A stretch of 64,000 nucleotides of DNA from assembly GCA_002327255.1 (NCBI GenBank), contig DCUM01000063.1, positions 151 to 64,150 of the forward strand, in the 5' to 3' direction. The DNA is from a bacterium UBA2214 (GTDB lineage Bacteria; Zhuqueibacterota; Zhuqueibacteria; Residuimicrobiales; Residuimicrobiaceae). Positions 47,526 to 57,076 of the stretch are shown here, piece by piece (position 1 is the first letter of the stretch; every line of letters starts with the position of its first letter). The notes under the pieces were generated by a model, which made no database searches, was not told the origin of the DNA, and was given only the letters and a program-made list of their open reading frames with translations. A program made the position numbers and the translations under genes.

Positions 47526-47854
47526 ACGAGAAAATCCCGGGAAAGAAACGTCATGGGGAAGAGCGCACGGGCTTTTTGAAACATAAGCGCTTCGTTGGCT
47601 TCGTCATGACGATTGCTGATAGGCCACCCCCAAAGTGCCCTTGCGCCCGATTCCGTGGCAACGTGTGCCGCCTCCACCGCGGTGGCGTGCGTGGTCGATA
47701 TCGCGCCCGCCTGCAAGGCGTGCGAAAAGGTACTGTCATGCACGAGAACCTCCACCTCTCGCGCCAGCAGGAGCGATCCCTCGCAGGGTCGCGTATCGGT
47801 GCAATAAGCGAGGCTTCTGCCGGGCCGCGCCGGTTCCCCCAAAAACGATTTCAA
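47489..47854 (-). pseudogene. C-terminal remnant of an MBL-fold (RNase Z/PhnP-like) hydrolase gene
   Basis: VLVHDSTF...HATAVEAAHVA...ISNRH matches the C-terminal beta-lactamase-fold motifs. The reading frame is closed three codons upstream by the plsY stop (in frame), the first start is TTG, and it overlaps the EamA gene. Confidence 0.5.
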
Positions 47855-47863
47855 ACCGTGTGC

Positions 47864-48514
47864 TCATGAGCGATCAATGCTTCGCGTTTTTTTCGGCCGG
47901 CCAAAACGGTTTTCGGTGCCCTTAAGGAGGCGTTGGATATTGGTGCGGTGGGTGAAGACGATGAGGGCGGCCGCCAGAAAACTGAAGAGGTACAGGGGCA
48001 TCGGCACCGGTTTGTCCAGGGCATATTTAAACAGAGACAGGACCATCGGCAAGGTGATCGCTCCGGTCATGGAACTGACGGAGACCATGCGCGTTGCGGC
48101 CAGCACGATGATAAAAACCGCCAGACAATAGAGCAGCGCCTCGGGAAACAGGGCCAGCAGCATGCCCGCGGCGGTACCGACGCCTTTGCCGCCGCGAAAG
48201 CCGGCAAACACCGTCCAAATATGTCCGACAACCGCAGCGCACCCCGCCACCAGCTGCAGAAGTGGCAGCTGCGCCGACCCTGGCGCCAACAGTTGGGGAA
48301 GCCAACAGGTCGCAGCAAATCCCTTGAGCACATCCACCAGCATGACCACAACACCCGGTTTCCATCCCAAAACGCGGAATACGTTGGTCCCGCCGGCATT
48401 TCCTGATCCATGTTCGCGTATATCGAGGTTTCGTAACAGCTTTCCGGCGATGATACTGGTTGGAAAGGAACCGATCAAATACGCAATCACAACAATACCT
48501 GCAAAGCTGAGCAT
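47864..48514 (-). CDS. plsY: Acyl-phosphate:glycerol-3-phosphate acyltransferase
   Basis: MLSFAGIVVIAYLIGSFPTSIIAGK...HGSGNAGGTN and GGKGVGTAAG PlsY motifs. The true start is the ATG at 48514, not the long track ORF. Confidence 0.8.
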   Translation of the reverse strand: MLSFAGIVVIAYLIGSFPTSIIAGKLLRNLDIREHGSGNAGGTNVFRVLGWKPGVVVMLVDVLKGFAATCWLPQLLAPGSAQLPLLQLVAGCAAVVGHIWTVFAGFRGGKGVGTAAGMLLALFPEALLYCLAVFIIVLAATRMVSVSSMTGAITLPMVLSLFKYALDKPVPMPLYLFSFLAAALIVFTHRTNIQRLLKGTENRFGRPKKTRSIDRS

Positions 48515-48537
48515 GGCACTATTACCTTTCTCGACCA

Positions 48538-50352
48538 TCAAACGGCGACGGGTTCGCCGAGGACGGCGATGGCCGCGGCACCCACCCCCGCGTGTAATCC
48601 CAGCGCGGGAGAAGCCTCCAGCACCGGAATATCCTGTTGACTGTATTCGGCCGCTATGAAGCGGCGAAATTTCTCGGCTTGCTCCTGTGCCATCATATGC
48701 ACGATGATGAATTTGGGCCGCATCAGTTGTCGAGCATAGGCCAACGCCAATTCCAGCGTTTTCTCCGCCACCCGTTTTTTTCCGATGACTTTTGCCAACT
48801 CGACCGCCTTGCCTTCGGCATCCAAACCGATGACCGGCTTGATCTGCAGGAGCGTGGCCAGAAAGCCTTTGGGCTTGCGCACTCTGCCGCTGCGAATCAT
48901 GTACTTTAGCGTGGGAATACTGACAAAAATACGAACACTTTGTACGCACGCACCGATTTTATCCTTGAGCTCTGCAAAAGACCATCCTGCTTCAATCAAT
49001 TGCGCGGCTTCATGTACGATCAACCCCAGGCCGGCGGAAGTGCTCCTGCTGTTAATGACTTCGATATTCATTTTATCGGCATATTCCCGGGCCGCAATTC
49101 GGGCGCCGTTGATGGTCCCGCTCAATGCTTCGGAGATATGAATCGAGATCACTGATTCATACTGCTCGACCAGGCGGCTGTAGACCTTTAGAAAGCTTGC
49201 CACGGGGGGTTGTGACGTGGTGAGGCGCTGGCTGTCCGTTTCCAGTATCCTGTAAAAATCCTGCGCGCTGATTTCGACGCGATCCTGGTAACTCTTTTCG
49301 CCGATTTGAATGACAACCGGGACGACGTGAATATTATATTTGTCAAACAATTCCTGCGGCATGTCACAGGTCGAATCGGTTACCAGCGCAATGCCCTTCC
49401 TGGGGGCCTGGTCGAGGGCTTCGTCATGCTGCTTTTGCATATCCTCGATTTTGGTCTGCAACACGGTTCCCATGGTGGCCGCCAGATCGAAGAGGGCCTG
49501 CGGTTCATTGGTGTGGATATGGACACGCACTTTGCGCGCATTGCCGACAATGATCAGGGAATCCCCCAACAGACTCAATTTCTGCTGCAATTCCTTTTTA
49601 TCAATGCCCTCTCCTTGCAGCAGGCATTCGCTACAATATCTGAAGTGGATGACATCATCCACTTTATTAAAATGAAAGTGACGGATTTTATCGAACATGT
49701 GGGATTTTGCCCGATAGGCCGCAATTTTGCCCGAATTGATGAAATCGGACAAACCCTCCAGCAAATGCACAAAACCCTGGGCGCCGGCATCCACGACGCC
49801 GGCCCTGGAGAGGACTTTCAATTTATTGGGCGTATCCGCCAGCGACTCGCGGGCTCGTCTCAGGGCATCTCCGAAAAGTTCGGTAAAATCTTCCTTGCCA
49901 ATGGCTTGTTCCTTGAGAGAATCGGCCCAATCCTGCATCACCGTCAGGATGGTTCCCTCGCGCGGATTGGCAAGGGCTTCCCGGGCTCGCTTGGCGGCCA
50001 AAGCGACGGCATCCGCAAACTCCTCTGGTGAGAGCCGTTCGCGTCCCCCCGCTCCTTCGGAAAGACCCTGAAAAAATTGCGCCAATATGGCCCCCGAATT
50101 GCCGCGCGCGCCGGTTAGCGCGCCATCGGATATACAGGCGCACACATCCGACAGCGTCGAATAGGGACACGCCTGGGCACTTTCGACGATGCTCTGCATG
50201 GTCATCGCCATATTGGTGCCCGTATCAGCATCCGCAACAGGAAAAACATTGATGTCGTTGAGCATTTCCTGCATTTCACTGATGCGCCCGGCGGATGCGA
50301 GGATGGAGCGTTTCAAGCGCGCGCCATCAATATAGCGTATTTTAATGCGCAT
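48538..50352 (-). CDS. Dak2-domain (FakA-like) - DegV (FakB-like) fusion protein
   Basis: N-terminal NVFPVADADTGTNMAMTM (Dak2/YloV signature), and a C-terminal DegV domain (IALVTDSTCDMP, TSQPP, LSGTI, NSRSTSAGLG). Confidence 0.7.
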   Translation of the reverse strand: MRIKIRYIDGARLKRSILASAGRISEMQEMLNDINVFPVADADTGTNMAMTMQSIVESAQACPYSTLSDVCACISDGALTGARGNSGAILAQFFQGLSEGAGGRERLSPEEFADAVALAAKRAREALANPREGTILTVMQDWADSLKEQAIGKEDFTELFGDALRRARESLADTPNKLKVLSRAGVVDAGAQGFVHLLEGLSDFINSGKIAAYRAKSHMFDKIRHFHFNKVDDVIHFRYCSECLLQGEGIDKKELQQKLSLLGDSLIIVGNARKVRVHIHTNEPQALFDLAATMGTVLQTKIEDMQKQHDEALDQAPRKGIALVTDSTCDMPQELFDKYNIHVVPVVIQIGEKSYQDRVEISAQDFYRILETDSQRLTTSQPPVASFLKVYSRLVEQYESVISIHISEALSGTINGARIAAREYADKMNIEVINSRSTSAGLGLIVHEAAQLIEAGWSFAELKDKIGACVQSVRIFVSIPTLKYMIRSGRVRKPKGFLATLLQIKPVIGLDAEGKAVELAKVIGKKRVAEKTLELALAYARQLMRPKFIIVHMMAQEQAEKFRRFIAAEYSQQDIPVLEASPALGLHAGVGAAAIAVLGEPVAV

Positions 50353-50405
50353 GGTTCGTCTGCCCTCTCATGCCTCTTTCCCATAAAGAAACCAAAGCCC
50401 GTATC

Positions 50406-51797
50406 TTATGCAAAGGCTGTGGTTACGATTCCGCCCACCAAAGCGCCTGCCGAGCTGCCGGTCAACAGACTGGCCGGCCGGTCAAAGCGATCTTGATAGC
50501 GCGAAAGAAGATTTTGCAACACATCATTGGAGTGGGCCGTCGCCAATATGCCGACGGTACACCCCCCCCCGGCCATGGCGCGCGCCCCGAAGATGCCGCG
50601 CTCAGGCCCCCCTGCTCTTAATTCATCCATCAGCCAGGCGGACTCTTCACAAACCGTTGCGCTGGTTTTGATGAAACGTTCATGCGATACGAAGAGCAAC
50701 TGGCCCGCATCGATCCACAGGGGACTTCCCGCGTCTCCGGCCGCCTCTTTACAGAGCGCGACAAATTCCCGGGCGCGTTCATTGTCTTCTATCATAAATT
50801 CTGTGGCGGAACGCGGCATGTATTTTTTTTGCGGGTCTATGTCAATTCCTGCTTGTTCTGTTGAAATGTTTTTTTGCAAAAATTCCTGTCCGGTCATTCG
50901 ATAAGGCATGCGTTTTTTGTATCGGCTCTGCCAATCCCGGACGGAAATTCCGGTCCATGCCATCGCCGGCCCATTTGCCCCGCCATCAGACCGCAGCATT
51001 TCCCCCTGAAGCGCATGCCCGATATGAAGCGCCGTTTGAAACTCCTCCTGCTTTTGCCGGTCAGCCTGTTTTCGTATTCCCAGATCCACGGCGACACATC
51101 TGATCCCGTCAGGCAGGGGTATGAATTGGAAAGAATCTTCTCCGGGCGCTTGCACAACGATCAGATTCTCTTTTTGCCCGTGTAAAATGGAAATATATTC
51201 TGCGGCATGCGCCGGCCGGTGCATTACTTCCGTTTCACTCGCGGCCGCGAGCGTGGCAATCTGTGCGGTCTCGAGCGGCAGCTTCACCACATCCCGCAGC
51301 GCCAGCAGGAGCCCGGTTTGCAGGGCGGCTGAAGACGCGAGTCCGGCGCCTGCAGGAAGTGACGTGCTGATGGCAATATTAAAACCCGTCCAGCCATGTA
51401 CCGGAGAATGCCCCGTCATGAGCAGGCCCAGAGCACCACAGATATGTCCGCTCCAGCCTTTATCCGCTGCCGTAAAGACATTCTGGAACTTGGCCCAATC
51501 GCGTTCTTGTGCGGCGCGCTGGATATCTTCGAGGCGAAATTCAAGCGTGATGACGCGCTCCCTGATCATGTTCAGATTTCGAATCAGGATTCGTTGATCC
51601 ATGCGCCGTTGCACCGCCACAATGATCCCCTCCGCGACTTGCGTTTGCACAATCGTTCCTCCGCAAGTCACGCAATGGCCGCCTATAATGTCGATACGGC
51701 CGGGAACGCGCGCAATTGAGATGCTGCGTTGTGGCGCAAAAAGCCCGCCCAGATTTTTATGAATCTCCTGGATAAACAGTCTCATGTCTGCTGTCAT
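50406..51797 (-). CDS. GHMP-family sugar kinase (galactokinase-like)
   Basis: PGRIDIIGGH N-terminal motif and the PAGAGLASSAAL GHMP ATP-binding motif. 463 aa. Confidence 0.7.
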   Translation of the reverse strand: MTADMRLFIQEIHKNLGGLFAPQRSISIARVPGRIDIIGGHCVTCGGTIVQTQVAEGIIVAVQRRMDQRILIRNLNMIRERVITLEFRLEDIQRAAQERDWAKFQNVFTAADKGWSGHICGALGLLMTGHSPVHGWTGFNIAISTSLPAGAGLASSAALQTGLLLALRDVVKLPLETAQIATLAAASETEVMHRPAHAAEYISILHGQKENLIVVQAPGEDSFQFIPLPDGIRCVAVDLGIRKQADRQKQEEFQTALHIGHALQGEMLRSDGGANGPAMAWTGISVRDWQSRYKKRMPYRMTGQEFLQKNISTEQAGIDIDPQKKYMPRSATEFMIEDNERAREFVALCKEAAGDAGSPLWIDAGQLLFVSHERFIKTSATVCEESAWLMDELRAGGPERGIFGARAMAGGGCTVGILATAHSNDVLQNLLSRYQDRFDRPASLLTGSSAGALVGGIVTTAFA

Positions 51798-51828
51798 GAA
51801 AGCCTCGAGTGCGTAAAGAATTTATTCA

Positions 51829-53118
51829 TCAGATCGTCGTGCCGTCTGCAACCACCGCATCCTTGGTGATGATGACGATTCCTTTGCTGATCCATATACC
51901 CTCGTCTTTCCGGGAAGCATCCTGTATTTGTTCGCGATTGATGATCGTGACATTTTTTCCGATGCGTGCATTTTTGTCGACGATGGCCCGTTTGATGCGG
52001 CAACCGGCGCCAATACCGACGAATGGCCTGTGCGCCGTTATATCCGACTCGACTTCTTCCATGGTCTGGTAATAATCTGCACCCATGACCAGACAATCCT
52101 CGAGGAACCCCCCCCTGTCGATCCGACTGCGGATGCCGATAATCGAGTGTTGAATGTCCGCGCCGGTGATGATGCAGCCATCACAGATCATGGATTGCAC
52201 AACATGGCAATCACTGATCATGCTCGGGGGTAAAAACCGCGGTCTGGTGTAAACCGGAAAATCAACATCGAAAAAAGTAAAGGTCGGCGCCGGCAGATTC
52301 AATAATTGCATATTCGCGTTATAGAAGGACTCTATCGTCCCGATGTCTTCCCAGTATGCTTTGTGCAAATAGGCCTTGATGCGCAGATCATGGACTGCGG
52401 AGGGTATGATCTCCTTGCTGAAATCTTTGTACCGGGATTTTTCCTGCAACAGTCGCGTCAAGACTTCCTTCCTGAAAACATAAATGCCCATGGAGGCTAT
52501 GAACGGCTTGCTCTGCAGCAGGGTCTCGTCCAGACCCAAAATCCCAGGCTGTGCCGCCATTTCCAGCAATTGCGCCTCTTTGGGCTTTTCGCGAAACGCC
52601 TGGACATCCCCATGTCGATTGATTTTTAGAATGCCAAAATCCGACGCAGACGCCTGCGAAACGGGGACGACGGAAATGGTCACATCGGCACCGGATTCGC
52701 GATGGTAGTGAATGAACGGCCGATAATCCATGCGATAGAGATGATCTCCGGAGAGAATCAAAAACTCATCGATCTTGTGTTCTGCGAAGGTGGCGACATA
52801 TTGACGAACCGCATCCGCTGTTCCCTGAAACCAGTCCGAGTTCTCATGGGTCTGCTGTGCGGCCAGTATCTCCACAAAACCTTCGCTCAATGGAGAGAAA
52901 GAATAGGTGCGGGCAATGTGACGGTTCAGCGAAGCGGAGTTGAATTGGGTCAACACATACATCTTTTGAATGCCCGAATTGATGCAATTGCTGACGGGGA
53001 TATCGATAAGACGATACTTCCCGGCGAGAGGAACTGCGGGTTTGGCCCGCAGTCTTGTGAGCGGGTATAGTCGCGTACCCCGTCCGCCACCCAATATGAT
53101 GGCAAGGACTTTTCGCAT
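51829..53118 (-). CDS. glgC: Glucose-1-phosphate adenylyltransferase
   Basis: [23 protein letters not shown] and [13 protein letters not shown] GlgC motifs. Start at the ATG at 53118. Confidence 0.85.
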   Translation of the reverse strand: MRKVLAIILGGGRGTRLYPLTRLRAKPAVPLAGKYRLIDIPVSNCINSGIQKMYVLTQFNSASLNRHIARTYSFSPLSEGFVEILAAQQTHENSDWFQGTADAVRQYVATFAEHKIDEFLILSGDHLYRMDYRPFIHYHRESGADVTISVVPVSQASASDFGILKINRHGDVQAFREKPKEAQLLEMAAQPGILGLDETLLQSKPFIASMGIYVFRKEVLTRLLQEKSRYKDFSKEIIPSAVHDLRIKAYLHKAYWEDIGTIESFYNANMQLLNLPAPTFTFFDVDFPVYTRPRFLPPSMISDCHVVQSMICDGCIITGADIQHSIIGIRSRIDRGGFLEDCLVMGADYYQTMEEVESDITAHRPFVGIGAGCRIKRAIVDKNARIGKNVTIINREQIQDASRKDEGIWISKGIVIITKDAVVADGTTI

Positions 53119-53238
53119 AACAGGCCCTTTGGTTTCCAAGATGCATGCGCATACCGTGTGGATTTGTGCCAAAATAATTATTTACAATCACAAAGTCAAT
53201 AACAAGTTATGTCCGTTGCACGCGCGGTACGCGTGGCG

Positions 53239-54927
53239 CTAAAATCCCACCATTTGCGCCAGCTCGGGAGGAATCGGCATGTTTCTGTCCTGCAGCATGC
53301 GCAGGCACGCTCTGGCCGATTCAAGCCGGTTATTCTCGTAGAACAACACGATCAAATTGTAGTAAGCAGAAGCGAAATTGCCGTCGAGCTGGATGGTCTT
53401 CTCCCAGGCGTTCGCCGCGTTGTCGATGCAGCCCTTTTTATAGTTCAAAATACCCAGATTGAAATATACATTGGCATAAAACGGATTAATGGTCGCTTCC
53501 CGGACGAAAAGGGACTCCGCCGCCGCCAGCTGGTTGTTATCCATGGCGATGAGCCCCAAATTCATATTCGCCATGGGCTCCTCCGGATTCAGGGCCAGGG
53601 CCCTGCGAAAATAGTGCGCGGCACGCTCGTGATCACCTTCCAGATAGAGCATGGCGCCGAGGTTGCGCTGCGCCAGCGGGGAATGCGGAGAATGCAAAGC
53701 GGCATTGTTCCAGAAGACGAGCCGGTTCTTAAAGTGCGGCACATGACGGATCGTCAGGATGGACATGGTCAAAAGGATGATCACACCCGTCATGATGATC
53801 CGCTTCGTGGAGAGGTCGAGCCCTTTGAGCAACCCACTGATGATGAGAAAGATCCCGATGATGGGAAGATAGGTGCGGTGCTCCAAAAAGTTCCCCAAAA
53901 TATCCGCATTGGGTCTTATAAATGAGGGTATGATGAAGAGTAAAAACCAGACCGCCCCAAAAGCAATCATCATCCAATCCGCGGTTGCCCTCCGCCACCA
54001 CGCGCCCAGAATCAATAGCGCCATGGCGGCAACACCATAGAGACAGGTCGTATCCAGCATCGTTGGCAATACGGAGAGATTGAACGGGAAAAAAATCTTG
54101 CCCAAAAATTGCAATAAAACCGGAAGGCTTATCCAGGTGGAATATATCATTTGCATAAAACTGTATGAGACAGGATGAACCATGGCTGCAGAACGCATGA
54201 CCAGGTAGAGCAGCGCGACCAGACTCCATCCCAATCCCAACGGCAGCAAGAACGCCTTTGGCTTTTCCGGGCGTACGATTAAATAGAGATACACGATGCA
54301 CACCACAACAAAGAGCAGGACGGTCTCCTTGGTGAACAGCGCCAGTGCAAAAAAGAACACGTGCAGCGCATAAAAGGACCATCGCGGCCTGCCCAGATAA
54401 TGGAGCAGCATTAAAAAAGAGAGCAGGACAAACAATGTCAACAGGGAATCGTTTCTCCCGGGAACCCAGGCCACCGCTTGACTCAACACCGGGTGGAGGG
54501 TGAAGAGCAGGGCAAAAAATACGGCCATGCCGCGAGCGATTGTCAGCCTGCGCAATACAATAAAGATCAACCAGGCGCAGAGGATATGGATGATGAGATT
54601 GGTAGCATGGAAAGGAAAAAGAGACGCCACCCCAAATTGGCCATCGAGGATGAAGGAGGTCGTCAACAGCGGCCGGTAGTAGGCATCGTGATAACCAAAA
54701 AATACATCTTCCTTGAACGCGTAGACAATGTTGCTGAAATGGCGCAAGATGTGCTGATTTTTCAGGATGAGTTCGTTGTCATCCAGAAAGGTATAATCAT
54801 AATAGAGCGTTCTGCCATACAAGAGGAGCGTCGCCAGGATAATGAGCGCCAAAATCAACAGCGGCATCCAATCGCGCCGCCGGGCGCCGGGCTTGGCACT
54901 CCTCTCTTTTTTTCGATTTTTCTTCAT
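53239..54927 (-). CDS. TMTC/PMT-like polytopic membrane protein with C-terminal TPR repeats (DUF1736-like)
   Basis: About 11 TM helices followed by TPR repeats ([19 protein letters not shown]). GGAGG Shine-Dalgarno upstream of the start. Confidence 0.65.
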   Translation of the reverse strand: MKKNRKKERSAKPGARRRDWMPLLILALIILATLLLYGRTLYYDYTFLDDNELILKNQHILRHFSNIVYAFKEDVFFGYHDAYYRPLLTTSFILDGQFGVASLFPFHATNLIIHILCAWLIFIVLRRLTIARGMAVFFALLFTLHPVLSQAVAWVPGRNDSLLTLFVLLSFLMLLHYLGRPRWSFYALHVFFFALALFTKETVLLFVVVCIVYLYLIVRPEKPKAFLLPLGLGWSLVALLYLVMRSAAMVHPVSYSFMQMIYSTWISLPVLLQFLGKIFFPFNLSVLPTMLDTTCLYGVAAMALLILGAWWRRATADWMMIAFGAVWFLLFIIPSFIRPNADILGNFLEHRTYLPIIGIFLIISGLLKGLDLSTKRIIMTGVIILLTMSILTIRHVPHFKNRLVFWNNAALHSPHSPLAQRNLGAMLYLEGDHERAAHYFRRALALNPEEPMANMNLGLIAMDNNQLAAAESLFVREATINPFYANVYFNLGILNYKKGCIDNAANAWEKTIQLDGNFASAYYNLIVLFYENNRLESARACLRMLQDRNMPIPPELAQMVGF

Positions 54928-54968
54928 CCCAAAGACCTCCGTACCTGAACATAAAATTTAACGAATAA

Positions 54969-54985
54969 TTGCAATTTTTGCACCA
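54969..54985 (-). promoter_or_regulatory. Sigma54 (-24/-12) promoter candidate upstream of the TMTC-like gene
   Basis: The minus strand reads TGGTGCAAAAATTGCAA, compared with the consensus TGGCACG-N4-TTGCA: GG and GC correctly spaced, with one mismatch in the -24 element. It lies about 40 nt upstream of the ATG. Confidence 0.4.
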
Positions 54986-55188
54986 CTTTGCTGCGGCACC
55001 CCCCAATGGATAACCGGCAACAGGCCCGCCTTACCCCTGAACACTTCGATCACCGGAAAATGCCAAACCAAGACCAATAATAACAAAACGATAAATTGTT
55101 CGCTGCTTGACAGCTTTGCCGCGCGGCAAAAACCGGGAAAACGCGGTTACAAAATCTATAAACTGTTAATAGTTATTAAGTTAAATCA

Positions 55189-55220
55189 CCCCAAAGGGCG
55201 GCTGGCCTTTGGGGTTTTGT
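55189..55220 (+). promoter_or_regulatory. Intrinsic-terminator-like hairpin in a divergent intergenic region (possible sRNA 3' end or attenuator)
   Basis: CCCCAAAGG-gcggctgg-CCTTTGGGG followed by TTTTGTGCCTTTT, with no upstream protein-coding gene on this strand. A TTGACA lies at 55108-55113. Confidence 0.3.
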
Positions 55221-55466
55221 GCCTTTTGCCGATTTCAGGAAACACCTCCCTCGGGCATGACGACGCACGGCAAACCGGGGCATACTCCTTTGACGCTGTT
55301 TCCCGGCTGCCCCACATGCTGCCGCCGTCGCGGCGGGATGAGATGCGACGCTTCAGCCCCTTGCGAAAATTCTCTTTTGTTCAAAAAAAGATTGAAAGAT
55401 TATTCCCAGTTGGCTATATTAACGTATTGAATAAACAGATGCAACGCCAAAATCCGGGAGATCAAG

Positions 55467-57050
55467 ATGAACCCTGTCCGTCTATCCATGATATTTTATG
55501 CGCCAGCACAATTACCCTTTTCCGAAGCGTCGCTGCAAAACATGGTGGCGTCCCTGCAAAACCAGTATAGCCAAAATTTTGAAATTATCTTTGCAGGCGA
55601 AAACCCCGCCATGGAAAATTTAGCCCTAAAAAATCAGTTTACCTATGTCCCGGCAAGCCTGGACCATAAGGCCAAAGCCCTCAATGCGGCCTTGCAACAC
55701 GCCCACGGTGATTACATTCTCTTGTGCAACAATCTGGCCCATGCGCTGGAATTTAAAAGATCGGCCAGCAAATTTTATATCATGGCCATGGATCGGCATC
55801 CCGAAACCGCGCTGTTGTACACCGATTATGATCTCATGGACAACGGCGTTCGCAAGGAGCGCAAACTGCTGGAGTGGCACAATGGCCGCCTCACCGACAG
55901 CTGGGATATGGGTTACTGTCTCCTCTTCAGCAGGGCCTTTCTGCAATCGGTTGGCAACTGCGACGAGGCTTTCGCCTTCAATCCTGTCTATGATTTGCGC
56001 CTCAAGGCGTTTGAGACCGGAAAGATCATGCACATTTCCAACCGCTTCAACGGGGTCCCCTATCTGGCCCATGCCGCGGCAAAAGGGCTGGATGTTTTTG
56101 CCTATTTGAAGGCCGGAAAGGAAGTGCAAATCGAAGCGGAAAAAGTGGTCACCGGACACCTGCGGCGCATCAAAGCCTATCTGGCGCCCGGACAGAATTA
56201 TCACAAGGTCACCTATTCCGCGGAGGAGGAGAAATCCTTCGCAAAATGCATCGCCGCTGTGGTCATTCCCGTTTTTAACCGTCCCGAGTTCATCTGCTCC
56301 GCCATCGAATCGGTGCAGGCGCAGACGGTGCAGAACATCGAAATCGTCGTGGCCTGCAATGGCGGCGATGAGGATCCCACGGTTGCCGCCGTGCAGCGCT
56401 ACCTGCCGGGTGGTGATCGCTACCGGGCCGAAAAACCATCCGTCCGGCTGATGGTCCATGACATGAACGTTCTCGGTCTCTGTTTCAACGATGCCTTGCA
56501 GACTTCCAGCGCCAAGTATTATATTCAACTCGATTCCGATGATCTGCTTTTCCCGGATGCGGTGGAGAAAATACTCAAGGTGTACGAAGAAGATGATCAA
56601 ATCGGCATGGTGATCGGATCCTATCAGGTCTTTGAGAAAACGGCCGCTGGAGAGGTGATCCCGGTTCTCGTTGATGGCAAACCCTTTATCGTCACCCATG
56701 ATGAATGGAGCGAGGAGAACGGCCGCAACAATCTCTTGCGCATCGGCGGCGCGGGCGCGCCCCGTTCCATCAAAATCAAGGTTCTCGGGGAACTCGGCTG
56801 GTTCGGCATGAACGATGCCCCCTACTCGCGTAATTATGGCGAAGATTATGAACTGGTGAACAAATGCGCGGAAAGATACCGCATCGGCCGCGTCTGGGAG
56901 CCCATCTACAAGGTAGTCCGGCACGCCGGCGGCACCGATCATATGATCGATCAGGTCACCATTGATGTCAACGATAACGCCAAAGATCATATGCGCCTTT
57001 ACGCCCTGCGGCGGCGGCAAATCATCAATGGCATCTCCCCAACCGTATAA
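55467..57050 (+). CDS. Glycosyltransferase family 2 protein (two GT-A-like modules)
   Basis: AAVVIPVFNRPEFICSAIESV...QLDSDD GT2 motifs in the second module, and an N-terminal degenerate GT-A-like module. Confidence 0.75.
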   Translation: MNPVRLSMIFYAPAQLPFSEASLQNMVASLQNQYSQNFEIIFAGENPAMENLALKNQFTYVPASLDHKAKALNAALQHAHGDYILLCNNLAHALEFKRSASKFYIMAMDRHPETALLYTDYDLMDNGVRKERKLLEWHNGRLTDSWDMGYCLLFSRAFLQSVGNCDEAFAFNPVYDLRLKAFETGKIMHISNRFNGVPYLAHAAAKGLDVFAYLKAGKEVQIEAEKVVTGHLRRIKAYLAPGQNYHKVTYSAEEEKSFAKCIAAVVIPVFNRPEFICSAIESVQAQTVQNIEIVVACNGGDEDPTVAAVQRYLPGGDRYRAEKPSVRLMVHDMNVLGLCFNDALQTSSAKYYIQLDSDDLLFPDAVEKILKVYEEDDQIGMVIGSYQVFEKTAAGEVIPVLVDGKPFIVTHDEWSEENGRNNLLRIGGAGAPRSIKIKVLGELGWFGMNDAPYSRNYGEDYELVNKCAERYRIGRVWEPIYKVVRHAGGTDHMIDQVTIDVNDNAKDHMRLYALRRRQIINGISPTV

Positions 57051-57076
57051 ACAATTCCCAATGGCAGAGGAGTCCT

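Noticed and set aside
48515-48949. Long N-terminal extension of the plsY ORF (the track gives 361 aa from 48949).
   Set aside because: The extension is Arg/Gly-rich junk that overlaps the 3' end of the Dak2-DegV gene. The conserved PlsY N-terminus starts at the ATG at 48514.
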